From Candidatus Sumerlaeaceae bacterium (GTDB taxonomy: Bacteria > Sumerlaeota > Sumerlaeia > Sumerlaeales > Sumerlaeaceae): a stretch of 64,000 bases of DNA. Under the pieces are notes generated by a model that made no database searches, was not told the origin of the DNA, and saw only the letters and a list, made by a program, of their open reading frames with translations. Location: positions 64,001 through 128,000 of the forward strand of contig JBPCLP010000025.1 in the NCBI GenBank assembly GCA_051003195.1, written 5' to 3'. A program made the translations under genes and the position numbers. Below are positions 22,601 through 29,810 of the stretch, piece after piece; position 1 is the stretch's first letter, and each line of letters opens with the position of its first letter.

Positions 22601-25461
22601 GGCTCTCGCTCATATTGGCAGAGATTAAAGCAGAAACCGGCGCAGTCATGCAGGCGTGTCAGCTTTTGAAGAACCTGGTACAGAAAGATCCCGGCAACAT
22701 CGAAGCCCTGGAAAAACTGTCGGCATTTTCGCTGCTGGCACACGATGAAGAAGGACACCGCGTTGCAGCGCTGAATCTCGGCAACAGGCTGGTAAAGCGC
22801 GGCGATTACCTGCGCGCCATGGAGCAGCTGGAATCGGCACTCGAGTACGACACCAGCAATCTCGAAATCCTCCAGACGCTGATCGACTGCTGCGCAGCCG
22901 AAGGTATCCTGGATCGAGGCGCTTCCTTCGCGATGCGTATGCTACAGGCCGCGAAAGCCGCTGGCCAGCCGGAGCGCGTGCGCCAGGCAGCCAGCACTAT
23001 CCTCGGCTACGACGAGCAGCACACCATTGCGCGCCGCGAACTGGCTGAGGCGCTACTGTGCATGAACCGCCTGCCCGATGCCATTGCCGAATGGCAGCGT
23101 GCCGCAGAACAATTGGTATCTGATAAAAACCCGGCCTATGCGCTGGAGTGCTACCGCAGGATTGTGCAGGTCAGCCCCTCGCATATCCAGGCATGGCGCA
23201 AACTCGGCGACCTATCCCTGCTTACCGGTGATTCAGACGCTGCGCGCGGCGCCTATCTGCATCTGCTGGAAGTGTACTCCCAGTCCGGCGAAATTGAAAA
23301 AGCTGATGCGATGATCGCACGAATGCTTCAGCTGGACCCAGAGGACGCAGAACTACACCAGGAAGCGCTGGATGCATACAGGCGGACTGGTCGCAATGAG
23401 CACGCGATGGAGCAGGTGTTATGGCTGGTTCGGGATGCGATGGCAGCCGACGATCACGAAGAAGCCGAGCGCCTCATTGATCTTGGCAATGCCATTGCGC
23501 CGGACAGCCTTGCGTTGCAGCAATGCCAGCTGGAGGTCATCCGCAAACTTGGACGGACCGATGAGCTGCAATTGCGCCTGCGAGAACTTGCCGACAAGAT
23601 GCTGCACGCAGGGGAATTGCAAAGAGCAGCCGATGTGCTCGAGCAGATGCGAGACGCAGATCCCGAGAACATAGAGCTGCGAAAGGAAATTGCATCCACA
23701 CGGATGCAGCTCGGTGAAATTCCACCAGCCATAGCAGAATACGCCTATGTCCTGCGCGAACTGATCCAGCGGCAGGAAACAGAGGAAGCACGAAGCACGG
23801 CGGACCAGATAGCGGCGCAATACGCCGACGTACTGGAGCTGCGAGCGCGCATCGGTGAAGTCTTTGCACAGAACGGCATGGCGGACGTCGGTTCCCGTCA
23901 CTACATGGCGTGTGCGGAACTGGCCTACTCCGCAGAGGACCCGCTGGCGCAACTTCATTTTCTCCGCCTGGCCGTTGATGCACGACCGCGCTGGGCAGAG
24001 GGATACGAGAAGCTGGCGGAGGCGGCCCTAGCCGCCGATGACACGCAGGCGGCAGACACCGCATATGGGTCACTGGCCGAACTTTTAATAGAAGCCCGTA
24101 AATTTCCGCAGGCAGCTGCCACTCTGCGCACGCAGATTTCCCTGTTCCCAAAGCATGAACTTCCGCGTGCCCGATTAGTCGATTTATATGAGCGCACCGG
24201 AGATCGTGAAAACGAGGCGGTCGCTCTCCGCGAACTGGCAGACTTATACATTGCTGGGGGGATGATGGACGAAGCAGTCGAGAGCTATAAACGGCTGGTT
24301 ACGCTTCGGCCTGACGATCCGAAAACCCTGCAGAGGTATATTGAGCATTTCGCGCAAGTCGGAAACGAACTTGAAATCGTCGGCGAGTATCTGCGGCTTG
24401 CGCAGGCCTACGCCGCCAGCGGGAAATTGCAGGAGGCAATCCAGACGTTCGAGCAGGTCGCGTCCATTGACCGCAAAAACCCTGAGATTCATGAGAAGTT
24501 TGCCGCGTTACTGCTCACAAATGGTCAGAAGGGCCGAGCACTGGCAGAGCTGCGAAAGCTCGCGGATATTTATCAGCAGAAAGGTGAAATGGACGCCGCG
24601 GTCGAAGTGCTTCATGCAGGACTGGCTCTGGATCCAGAGAACGCGGAATTGTGCCTGACGCTTGCGTCGGGTCAGCAAAAGTGTGGACTGCGCGACGAAG
24701 CGCAAACCAGCTACGCTCGCGCAAGCAACATTCTCAGTGGCACGACGGCAGTAAAAGCCATGGATGTTTACCGTGGAATGCTGGCGCACGATGAAGAGAA
24801 CACCGAGATACGGCGCCGCCTGTGTGATTTGCTGGTCGAGTCGGGTGAACCTGCCGATGCCGCCGCTCACGCACGGAAGCTTGCTGAAATCCACTGCGGA
24901 CGTGGTGAGATGGATGACGCCGAAGACGCATATCGTATCGCTTCGGAATTGCAGCCGGAATCAGTCGATGCCTTAATGCAGGAAATTCAGAAGCATGCGC
25001 GCGATCCGTTTCTTCAGTACCTTGCCTACATTCGCCTGGGCAATCGGTTGTTCGAGGATGGCGACATTGATAGAGCTCTCGACACTTACCGCACAGCGCG
25101 ATCGTTGAATGACGAACGTCCCCAGACCATCCAGAAGTGTGTGGATTGTGTGAGCCTGATTGCTCCCGAGGCTGAAGCAATTCCCGATTACATCGCGCTG
25201 GCCGAGCGCTACATGGTGGCTGGCGATCCCGCACGCGCACGCAAGGTTTACGAACACATTGCGCGACTTGACCCATTTAACGCAGATGCAGGCAGAGGCC
25301 TTGTCGCTGCTGTGCAAGCAGAAAACGGTGCGAGATCGGTGCACAAGGCCGACACACGGCACGATCGCCAGGTACTTGGCCGTCGCGAACGCAAGAAGCG
25401 CGTCGGTCTTGAGGAGTTACTGTCTGCCTGTAAAGACGCCGCCGCACAGGAACGTCACTGA
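16603..25461 (+). CDS. Giant TPR protein (2952 aa) with N-terminal DnaG-type CHC2 zinc finger
   Basis: AFCPIH-x18-CTLKTC at residues 44-71, then ~2800 aa of TPR-like helical repeats (many L.LDP.N turns); no signal peptide or TM seen. Confidence 0.85.
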   Translation: MDLAIAQEFLDEVNAKADAGELLKRIGYANDKIQVVGDAIKAFCPIHKDKKFRSLLIESGKQSFKCTLKTCAGAQGGTLVELYALARKMEPLLAGAELVGALDLAIDPEWTSQIAAAMLEEAQQAFVRREPELAESAARRALKFQPTLADARLLLATMFAERGEMAQAVDEYAALVEGYLSASQYEEADQTLESAIAAFPDSEDLLFLQVRSAEQQNQTDRAVELLNEIVGRREATNRQMDNVGVLQKILELRADNADAHVKLSEIYEQRHDMRTAGKELEIAARLLKEQGRNADAIPLLERVVKLAPEMAKTRLDLAEELIRDGDYARAKEQIFEIANQQIENQNFAAAELTARRWLEVEPESFEVHETLARIYMDQDRQSEAGVELKQAAEFSLKHGESERAMQFFFRVKFVAPENLEVRRQIISLFEQQGETERAGFELLDLAEVLLGQSNPEEAEQALTRAADITDSRDVKQQVADTLLSHGRNDAAEQLLRQIISEAEADADLAAVADASSTLLQILPDDVSLAFRRCMCLWECDPDRALEETGRVVGDLLQAGERESAVDLLRKGAAYASEYCEESLDCLRQALGVQDAESAGKFYSAVIHTVAEEDTEAALQLAREMTALDPSHATALADCGVLFANVGMTHDSAEAYVQLAKISESTGDRELALQHLEDALSQEPEHLTALQRRAELALAHTDADSARSYFQAFVDVLQVRGSEDELRSGLRTYLEYYPDDLAVQMQLASLLVQAGEEQNALEMYLRIAEHASTTEAVSLQVNSLQNAVGIAGRDAAIRQRLGKALKLHGQAQAAAIELLEAARLLCESGSLSQARTAAAESAESADDPLQALELLCTIDEEMNDPELLAEDLPQLIAQLRSAGRVHQALERANRLLQLKPGLVSQRIVADLRAENGDTDEALKEYTLLAQQYEEQKDYPEALAIHAEMAQLRAPNLDTLHRLVRLAEKTSPEAAASAKLQLGQALLASGDVLGAFETARTLGKQNTGVLAAAMLLQKIGRAAGTLEQALEAFLAAAEAYATFPEKSEAKIECLEAALALDPENTAAHQMLAEHYEAAGEADFAFSHRVALLPVAAGSKKQNAWKQELAKLRVLAADDPGKHLELGRRALRSEQVAYALEDFEKAAELGAAAGDDPVVLESADAAEALVFNSVVLCRAKFDVLLSSGDKEVAKVWLRECAQQALRSDKASEAEDYAQRWIELDRADADALELLAAAYQKQNRTQKAVDTYIALANLLKFAGDYERSIAILRQCLAVDDQSVPARQLHWQVLLEADKQNEALQEMHQLADLLIERQSYRDACTLLSRILDYRTNSEQTLERLASLVHEHEGFAKASPYFRKLIQLKSATLPADQMAAEYERILKLEGVDAEFRREYADFLKAQGLLPDAKEQYLHTAQVYRDELNSPEKAVELFILAVELLPESGDSPIYEEVARLHQASGNLEDAVAALRKASRQYIAAGESKKAVQSIRRALEIDIGQDRAADEALLAHALVAAGEKKKAKEAFNQAFIKAQSPDSSLPESVQREVYTTLLAADPLHVESALALLALLPTGDVAPSALETLGAFKEAGRHEDQIRILKAARSAAPADIQIRQELVGLYRSRGDTAKLQYELADLVRTASAAKQHDHAREALEELTCLPPSADLKLQVAPLYFQLEDEEQAVAAYCSAAELFEEAGQSDDAVDALRHALQINGNSVPAALVASLARKGGAEVRKIARDILEAALIARTRTRSLVLAVALLEREPLEEAKRLLSMVFMRGGAGFVAAIAGTHADWLLEAGRSDDTAGVVTFITQLAPNSPDVWWLASQLRKRCGDKAGSAEAALKAAQLYNEAGAVSEEESCYRDVLDEIPEDAATLQTLAFFYEREKRGEEGIEVMRRLAAIAHNAGDVTGGLSWLRKALDLGPSQDELRAQYAELLQVAGKSDQALEQWLEVARRSAKTGIPDRAVHAYQKVLQLEPENEHALSFLLDAATRAGDEAEVRRLSLILAEIKAETGAVMQACQLLKNLVQKDPGNIEALEKLSAFSLLAHDEEGHRVAALNLGNRLVKRGDYLRAMEQLESALEYDTSNLEILQTLIDCCAAEGILDRGASFAMRMLQAAKAAGQPERVRQAASTILGYDEQHTIARRELAEALLCMNRLPDAIAEWQRAAEQLVSDKNPAYALECYRRIVQVSPSHIQAWRKLGDLSLLTGDSDAARGAYLHLLEVYSQSGEIEKADAMIARMLQLDPEDAELHQEALDAYRRTGRNEHAMEQVLWLVRDAMAADDHEEAERLIDLGNAIAPDSLALQQCQLEVIRKLGRTDELQLRLRELADKMLHAGELQRAADVLEQMRDADPENIELRKEIASTRMQLGEIPPAIAEYAYVLRELIQRQETEEARSTADQIAAQYADVLELRARIGEVFAQNGMADVGSRHYMACAELAYSAEDPLAQLHFLRLAVDARPRWAEGYEKLAEAALAADDTQAADTAYGSLAELLIEARKFPQAAATLRTQISLFPKHELPRARLVDLYERTGDRENEAVALRELADLYIAGGMMDEAVESYKRLVTLRPDDPKTLQRYIEHFAQVGNELEIVGEYLRLAQAYAASGKLQEAIQTFEQVASIDRKNPEIHEKFAALLLTNGQKGRALAELRKLADIYQQKGEMDAAVEVLHAGLALDPENAELCLTLASGQQKCGLRDEAQTSYARASNILSGTTAVKAMDVYRGMLAHDEENTEIRRRLCDLLVESGEPADAAAHARKLAEIHCGRGEMDDAEDAYRIASELQPESVDALMQEIQKHARDPFLQYLAYIRLGNRLFEDGDIDRALDTYRTARSLNDERPQTIQKCVDCVSLIAPEAEAIPDYIALAERYMVAGDPARARKVYEHIARLDPFNADAGRGLVAAVQAENGARSVHKADTRHDRQVLGRRERKKRVGLEELLSACKDAAAQERH

Positions 25462-25497
25462 GACACAAACCCCCGGCGGCGCACTATATCCTGCGTG

Positions 25498-26262
25498 CTA
25501 TATCATTCCCGTTCCGCTTGCCGGGCCGCTGTCCGATTTCCATGGCCGCACTTTGCGGCACACGAGCATCGTGAACTTCGAAGCCCAGGCTGCCTCTCCT
25601 TTGCCGATTGCGACTTTCATGTCATCCACGCCTTTGGCGAACTCCTCTTCGCTTAACGTGGCAAGGCCAGTAAGTTCGCGATGGGCAATTGCACGCAGCA
25701 GAACTTCATCAATTTGCAGCTGCCCTTCCAGCACAACTCGCTTTGCACAGTAGAGCCCCTGCTTTTCCAGCATCTTCTCCAGCACCGGAATTTCCGTCAC
25801 GAGCGGCAGAGCGCGATTCACAGCTTCCGGAAAGAACTTCGCCAAGCCGTCATGCTGCAAGTTCTCGCGGCTGCGCGCAACAAAAGCGAACAGCCTGGTT
25901 GTCCGTGTAACGCGTGCGGCTTCGCGAACGAAGGCTTCCACATCGGTTTCATAGTGCAGTGCGTCCACGCTGATCAGGAGATCGACGCTGTCGTCGGCAA
26001 CGGGCCACTGCCAGGGGCGTGACACAGATTGTACCGGTAGGTCCACTGTCACACGTACTGCCGCCGGTATGCTGAGCGATCGTGCATAACTACCGGCGCC
26101 AATTCCCACCTCGGCGACAGTGTTTCCCTCTTTCAGGCCGTTCGCGAGCTGCTGTAATTCCTCTTCCACCCAGGTAGCGTTTGGCCAGCTGCGCACCCGC
26201 CGTTTAGGATTACCCCCAGCCAGTTGCGGATTCACGATCGCCAGTTTCGCCTCGCTCGCCAT
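25498..26262 (-). CDS. Class I SAM-dependent methyltransferase
   Basis: AEVGIGAG motif I; WPVADDSVDLLISVDALHY...EAARV. Confidence 0.75.
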   Translation of the reverse strand: MASEAKLAIVNPQLAGGNPKRRVRSWPNATWVEEELQQLANGLKEGNTVAEVGIGAGSYARSLSIPAAVRVTVDLPVQSVSRPWQWPVADDSVDLLISVDALHYETDVEAFVREAARVTRTTRLFAFVARSRENLQHDGLAKFFPEAVNRALPLVTEIPVLEKMLEKQGLYCAKRVVLEGQLQIDEVLLRAIAHRELTGLATLSEEEFAKGVDDMKVAIGKGEAAWASKFTMLVCRKVRPWKSDSGPASGTGMI

Positions 26263-26408
26263 TTTCAAACTCCCGTCCAATTACTATCTGAACCAAGGTG
26301 CTGTAATGACGAACTTCAGGATCAAGTAAAAGGCGACGCCGTTCCATTTCGCGGTAGTAAACGCGAAACACTTGCGTACGTACTCGACCCGGATTGTCTT
26401 CTAACCAC

Positions 26409-27362
26409 ATGCGCACTCGCCGGCCAACATTACTACACCATCTGGAATATGCCGGTTGGAAAACCGTCGGCGCGGCACTGAAGATTGTGCCTAGGAGGGG
26501 GATGGTGTTTATCGCAGACAGCGTGGGTTGGCTCCTGTATGGCGTTCTGCGGGTCCGTCGCACGGTAATTGACGAGCAATTGCGTATCGCTTTTGGCGAT
26601 TCGATAACCCGGTCCCGTCTGAACGTAATCGGAATGCAGGCATGGCAAAATGCGGTGCTCACCTTCTTCGAGTTTTTGCAGCCCGAGCCGCTGGCCGCAG
26701 TGGGCTGGGATGCGTTCGAACATCGTGAGGGCTATGCCGAGCACGTCCTTCCGCTTCTGGAGCGTGGCAACGCGTTAATCCTCACTGGTCATATTGGTAA
26801 CTGGGAAGCCCTCGGGAGGCTTGGCCCCGAACGGAACTTCCAAATCTCGGCGGTCGCCAAGCCAATGCACAATCCCCTCGTAAACCATGCGATTCTAAAA
26901 GCGCGTGCGAGACGCGGCCTGGAAGTTCTTTCCACAGCCGGAAGCCTGAAGAAAATTGTCGGTGCAGCACGGGACGGGAAGTGGGTTGCATTCCTTGGAG
27001 ACCAGGATGCGCGGCGTCATGGCATCTTCGTGGATTTCTTCGGCCAGCCGGCATCAACGGCAGAAGGGCCGGCCTATTTTGCGTGGAAGCTTAATCTGCC
27101 GCTGCTCCCCGCATTTTGCGTACGCGATCGTGATCGCCACCGAAAGCTGAAGCTTGTCGTGCTGCCGCCCATCATGCCGGATCCATCGCAGGACCGTGAT
27201 GTAGAGATACGACGCATTACCCGTTTGCATGTCGAGGCGCTCGAATCCGTCATTCGCCAGTATCCTGGGGATTACTTCTGGCTGCACCGCCGGTGGAAAA
27301 CCAAACCAAAGCGCAAAGGCAATAAGCACGAGACCAAAGCAGGTGCCAATCCCGCAAATTAA
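26409..27362 (+). CDS. Lipid A late acyltransferase (LpxL/HtrB family)
   Basis: TGHIGNWE, FLGDQD, FVDFFG, PGDYFWLHRRWK. Confidence 0.9.
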   Translation: MRTRRPTLLHHLEYAGWKTVGAALKIVPRRGMVFIADSVGWLLYGVLRVRRTVIDEQLRIAFGDSITRSRLNVIGMQAWQNAVLTFFEFLQPEPLAAVGWDAFEHREGYAEHVLPLLERGNALILTGHIGNWEALGRLGPERNFQISAVAKPMHNPLVNHAILKARARRGLEVLSTAGSLKKIVGAARDGKWVAFLGDQDARRHGIFVDFFGQPASTAEGPAYFAWKLNLPLLPAFCVRDRDRHRKLKLVVLPPIMPDPSQDRDVEIRRITRLHVEALESVIRQYPGDYFWLHRRWKTKPKRKGNKHETKAGANPAN

Positions 27363-27374
27363 GTCTCCAGTATT

Positions 27375-27896
27375 CTAGATGCCTCCGGATTTGCCCCCGC
27401 CGCCTCCACCACGTCGACCGCCTCCCGAATCCATCGCAGCACCCGGCGCTCCGCCCGCACCGCTCGCAGCACCTGAGGCCTTGGGCGTCTTTGGCAGCGG
27501 CGCCAGCGAGCGGCCCTTGATGTCGTTCTCCTTCGCTTTTTCCTCGGCCGCGGTTTCTTCGATTGTCTTACCATAGGCCTTCCATTCCGTGGAACGCTGC
27601 TCGAGCGGGTAAAGATCGCGAACCGCCGTTGCGGGAATATACCCAATGGTCCCATTGAAACCAAACGTGACGACTTTGCCATCGGTCCCGAACGCCAGGA
27701 ATTTTTCGTCAGGCTTCAGCTGACCAATCACCTGGTTTGTGGACAAGGATGAGACTGCCACCGCCGCACCGGGCGCCTCGGGCAATCCGCTTAGCACCTG
27801 CCACTTCGGTGCATCGTGCACGGGCATCAGCGCAAGCTGCGCACTTGCCGCTGCGGCAAGGCTGACTACAAAGCATAGAAGGCACACTTGTTTCAT
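27375..27896 (-). CDS. Secreted hypothetical protein (possible SH3-like domain, Gly-rich tail)
   Basis: MKQVCLLCFVVSLAAAASA signal peptide; VIGQLKPDE...GTIGYIP; GGAG RBS. Confidence 0.6.
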   Translation of the reverse strand: MKQVCLLCFVVSLAAAASAQLALMPVHDAPKWQVLSGLPEAPGAAVAVSSLSTNQVIGQLKPDEKFLAFGTDGKVVTFGFNGTIGYIPATAVRDLYPLEQRSTEWKAYGKTIEETAAEEKAKENDIKGRSLAPLPKTPKASGAASGAGGAPGAAMDSGGGRRGGGGGGKSGGI

Positions 27897-28060
27897 CGCT
27901 GCCAAACTCCTCGGTATTCTGGCAATACTGACACAAGATAACGCGCCGTTAGTCTTTGGTTCAATTTTAATCGCCAGTCCAGACCCTGCAACGCGCCGCT
28001 TCATTAAATTAAGACTTGGAATGACCAGCCAGATGTGCAGTATTTTGCACATTAAGTGAA

Positions 28061-28219
28061 GAACTGACGGTCTATAGGGCCAAGAGCCCGCGGAAGGGGG
28101 TGCAAATCCCCCACGGACACGCCGCTGTAATCGGGGACGAACTCTGTAGAACCACTGCCGAAAGGCGGGAAGGACAGAGCGAGGACGAACCGAAAGTCAG
28201 AAGACGGGGTCGCCAGTTC
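28061..28219 (+). promoter_or_regulatory. Cobalamin (B12) riboswitch
   Basis: P1 GAACTGACG/CGCCAGTTC; GGAA-GGGGGTGCAAATCCCCC hairpin; CCGCTGTAA; ACCACTG-CCGAAAGG-CGGGAAGG; B12 box AAGTCAGAAGAC; downstream GCCTCC/GGAGGC hairpin beside the RBS. Confidence 0.92.
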
Positions 28220-28263
28220 CTCCAAATTGCCTCCCGTGCTCAGGAGGCGAAGGAGAGAATGGT

Positions 28264-29070
28264 ATGTCATCAGTCCTGTCACGCGCCAGTGGCTCGGCCC
28301 GGCATTGGGCTGCGCTTGTACTGTTGATGATTGCGGCGTATCCCGCTCAATCGCAATCGTTTCCCGATCGTGTGGCGGCATTTATGCCGGGAGTGAACAG
28401 CGGCTTCGGGCAAGCTTACTACCCCACAAACGTTCTGGGCGCGCCGCACGGAAATACAAATCCCCAGACGCCGAACTTCTCACAGCAGGATCTCTTAAGT
28501 CTCGGCACCGGAGGTGAAATCGTCCTGGAGTTTACAAGTACGGAAATCGTCAACGGTCCGGGAGACGACTTCACCGTGTTCGAAAACCCGGTCCAGCCGA
28601 TCAGCAATCCTGACCAGAGCTTTGTCGATTCGGCAACAGTTTCAGTGAGTGACGACGGAACGTCATGGGTCACTTTCCCATTTCATATTGTTTCCATCAG
28701 TGCCGACAGGCTCTATTATAAGAGCAACTACGTTGGTCTTGCAGGCGTACAGCCGACATTCAGCTCTCCCACCAATGGGATTTCCCCGTTCGATCGCGCA
28801 GTAAGCGGCGGCGACGGCTATGACCTGACGAGCGTCGGTCTTACCCGCGCGCGTTTCATTAGAATCAAAGACACAGGAACCACGACCGTCTCCCCTACTA
28901 TCGATTTGCTGGGACACATTGTAAACGACTACGGAAATCAGCTGGACCCGGATCCCCTTTCGCCAGGGGTTGGAATTGCCGCGGGATTCGATCTTGATGG
29001 GATCGCCGCCATCCACACCACACCACGCACAACCGCCGTTCGGCGCGAAGACTGGGTTCTTTACGAATGA
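28264..29070 (+). CDS. Secreted protein downstream of the cobalamin riboswitch (putative corrinoid-binding/cell-surface protein) with DW tail
   Basis: Signal peptide; LSLGTGGEIVLEF, GPGDDFTVFEN, GGDGYDL, GFDLDGI; ends TTAVRREDWVLYE; AGGAGAG RBS. Confidence 0.75.
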   Translation: MSSVLSRASGSARHWAALVLLMIAAYPAQSQSFPDRVAAFMPGVNSGFGQAYYPTNVLGAPHGNTNPQTPNFSQQDLLSLGTGGEIVLEFTSTEIVNGPGDDFTVFENPVQPISNPDQSFVDSATVSVSDDGTSWVTFPFHIVSISADRLYYKSNYVGLAGVQPTFSSPTNGISPFDRAVSGGDGYDLTSVGLTRARFIRIKDTGTTTVSPTIDLLGHIVNDYGNQLDPDPLSPGVGIAAGFDLDGIAAIHTTPRTTAVRREDWVLYE

Positions 29071-29711
29071 TGCAGCGACGGGTGACCGCGTTTACGCTGA
29101 TCGAACTGCTGGTCGTGGTTGCGATCATTGCCATTCTCGCGCTGATTGCCGTCCCAAACTTTCTGCAGGCCAAACACCGTGCAATTCAAACCAGGTGTGC
29201 GGCGAACCTGAAAACATTGGCACAGGCGCTTTATACCTACCGTGTTGACCTGGATAAGTACCCGCTGGCGGACGGCATTGCAGGTATTGAGGAAAGCATG
29301 GCGCAGACCTCCGCCGGAAACGGGCCGGCCGCGAACGGAAGCTGGGACGCCGTGCCGCGCGTGCTTGTTCGGTTGCGATATCTTGCGACAGATGATTACC
29401 TGTTCTGCCCATGTTTTAAGGAGCAGTTTCGCAGTGAGCGCCTGCAACGCTTCCGCTATGCCTACAACAACTCAGCCGCAGACACCGGAGGAACCGGAGG
29501 CAGCACCAACGACGTCGATCGTGACTCGCACGATATCTGGTTGGCGCGATGCCTTTGGGTTCCCACGGCCCGCAGCTTCCATCCGGAAGCACGCGAAGTG
29601 CAGTGGCCCCACGGAAAAAATCACGATCGCGAAAACGTGCTGTATTCTAACAGCCGCGTTGAGCTCGCGAACGGCCAGGCTGACTTCGAGCGGGCAAATC
29701 CGGCGCCATAG
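29067..29711 (+). CDS. Prepilin-type N-terminal methylation domain protein, coupled to the upstream gene
   Basis: RRVTA|FTLIELLVVVAIIAILALIAVPNF; ATGA overlap with the upstream stop; central FCP and C-terminal PH...NVLYSNSRV. Confidence 0.88.
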   Translation: MMQRRVTAFTLIELLVVVAIIAILALIAVPNFLQAKHRAIQTRCAANLKTLAQALYTYRVDLDKYPLADGIAGIEESMAQTSAGNGPAANGSWDAVPRVLVRLRYLATDDYLFCPCFKEQFRSERLQRFRYAYNNSAADTGGTGGSTNDVDRDSHDIWLARCLWVPTARSFHPEAREVQWPHGKNHDRENVLYSNSRVELANGQADFERANPAP

Positions 29712-29810
29712 GCCAGTATTTCACTCGGGGCAGTGAGCACAAATGAATCCGCGGGTACCCGGAAATATGTCTGGATTCGAAGCGGCTATTCACGGTGCAA
29801 TTATCGCAAG

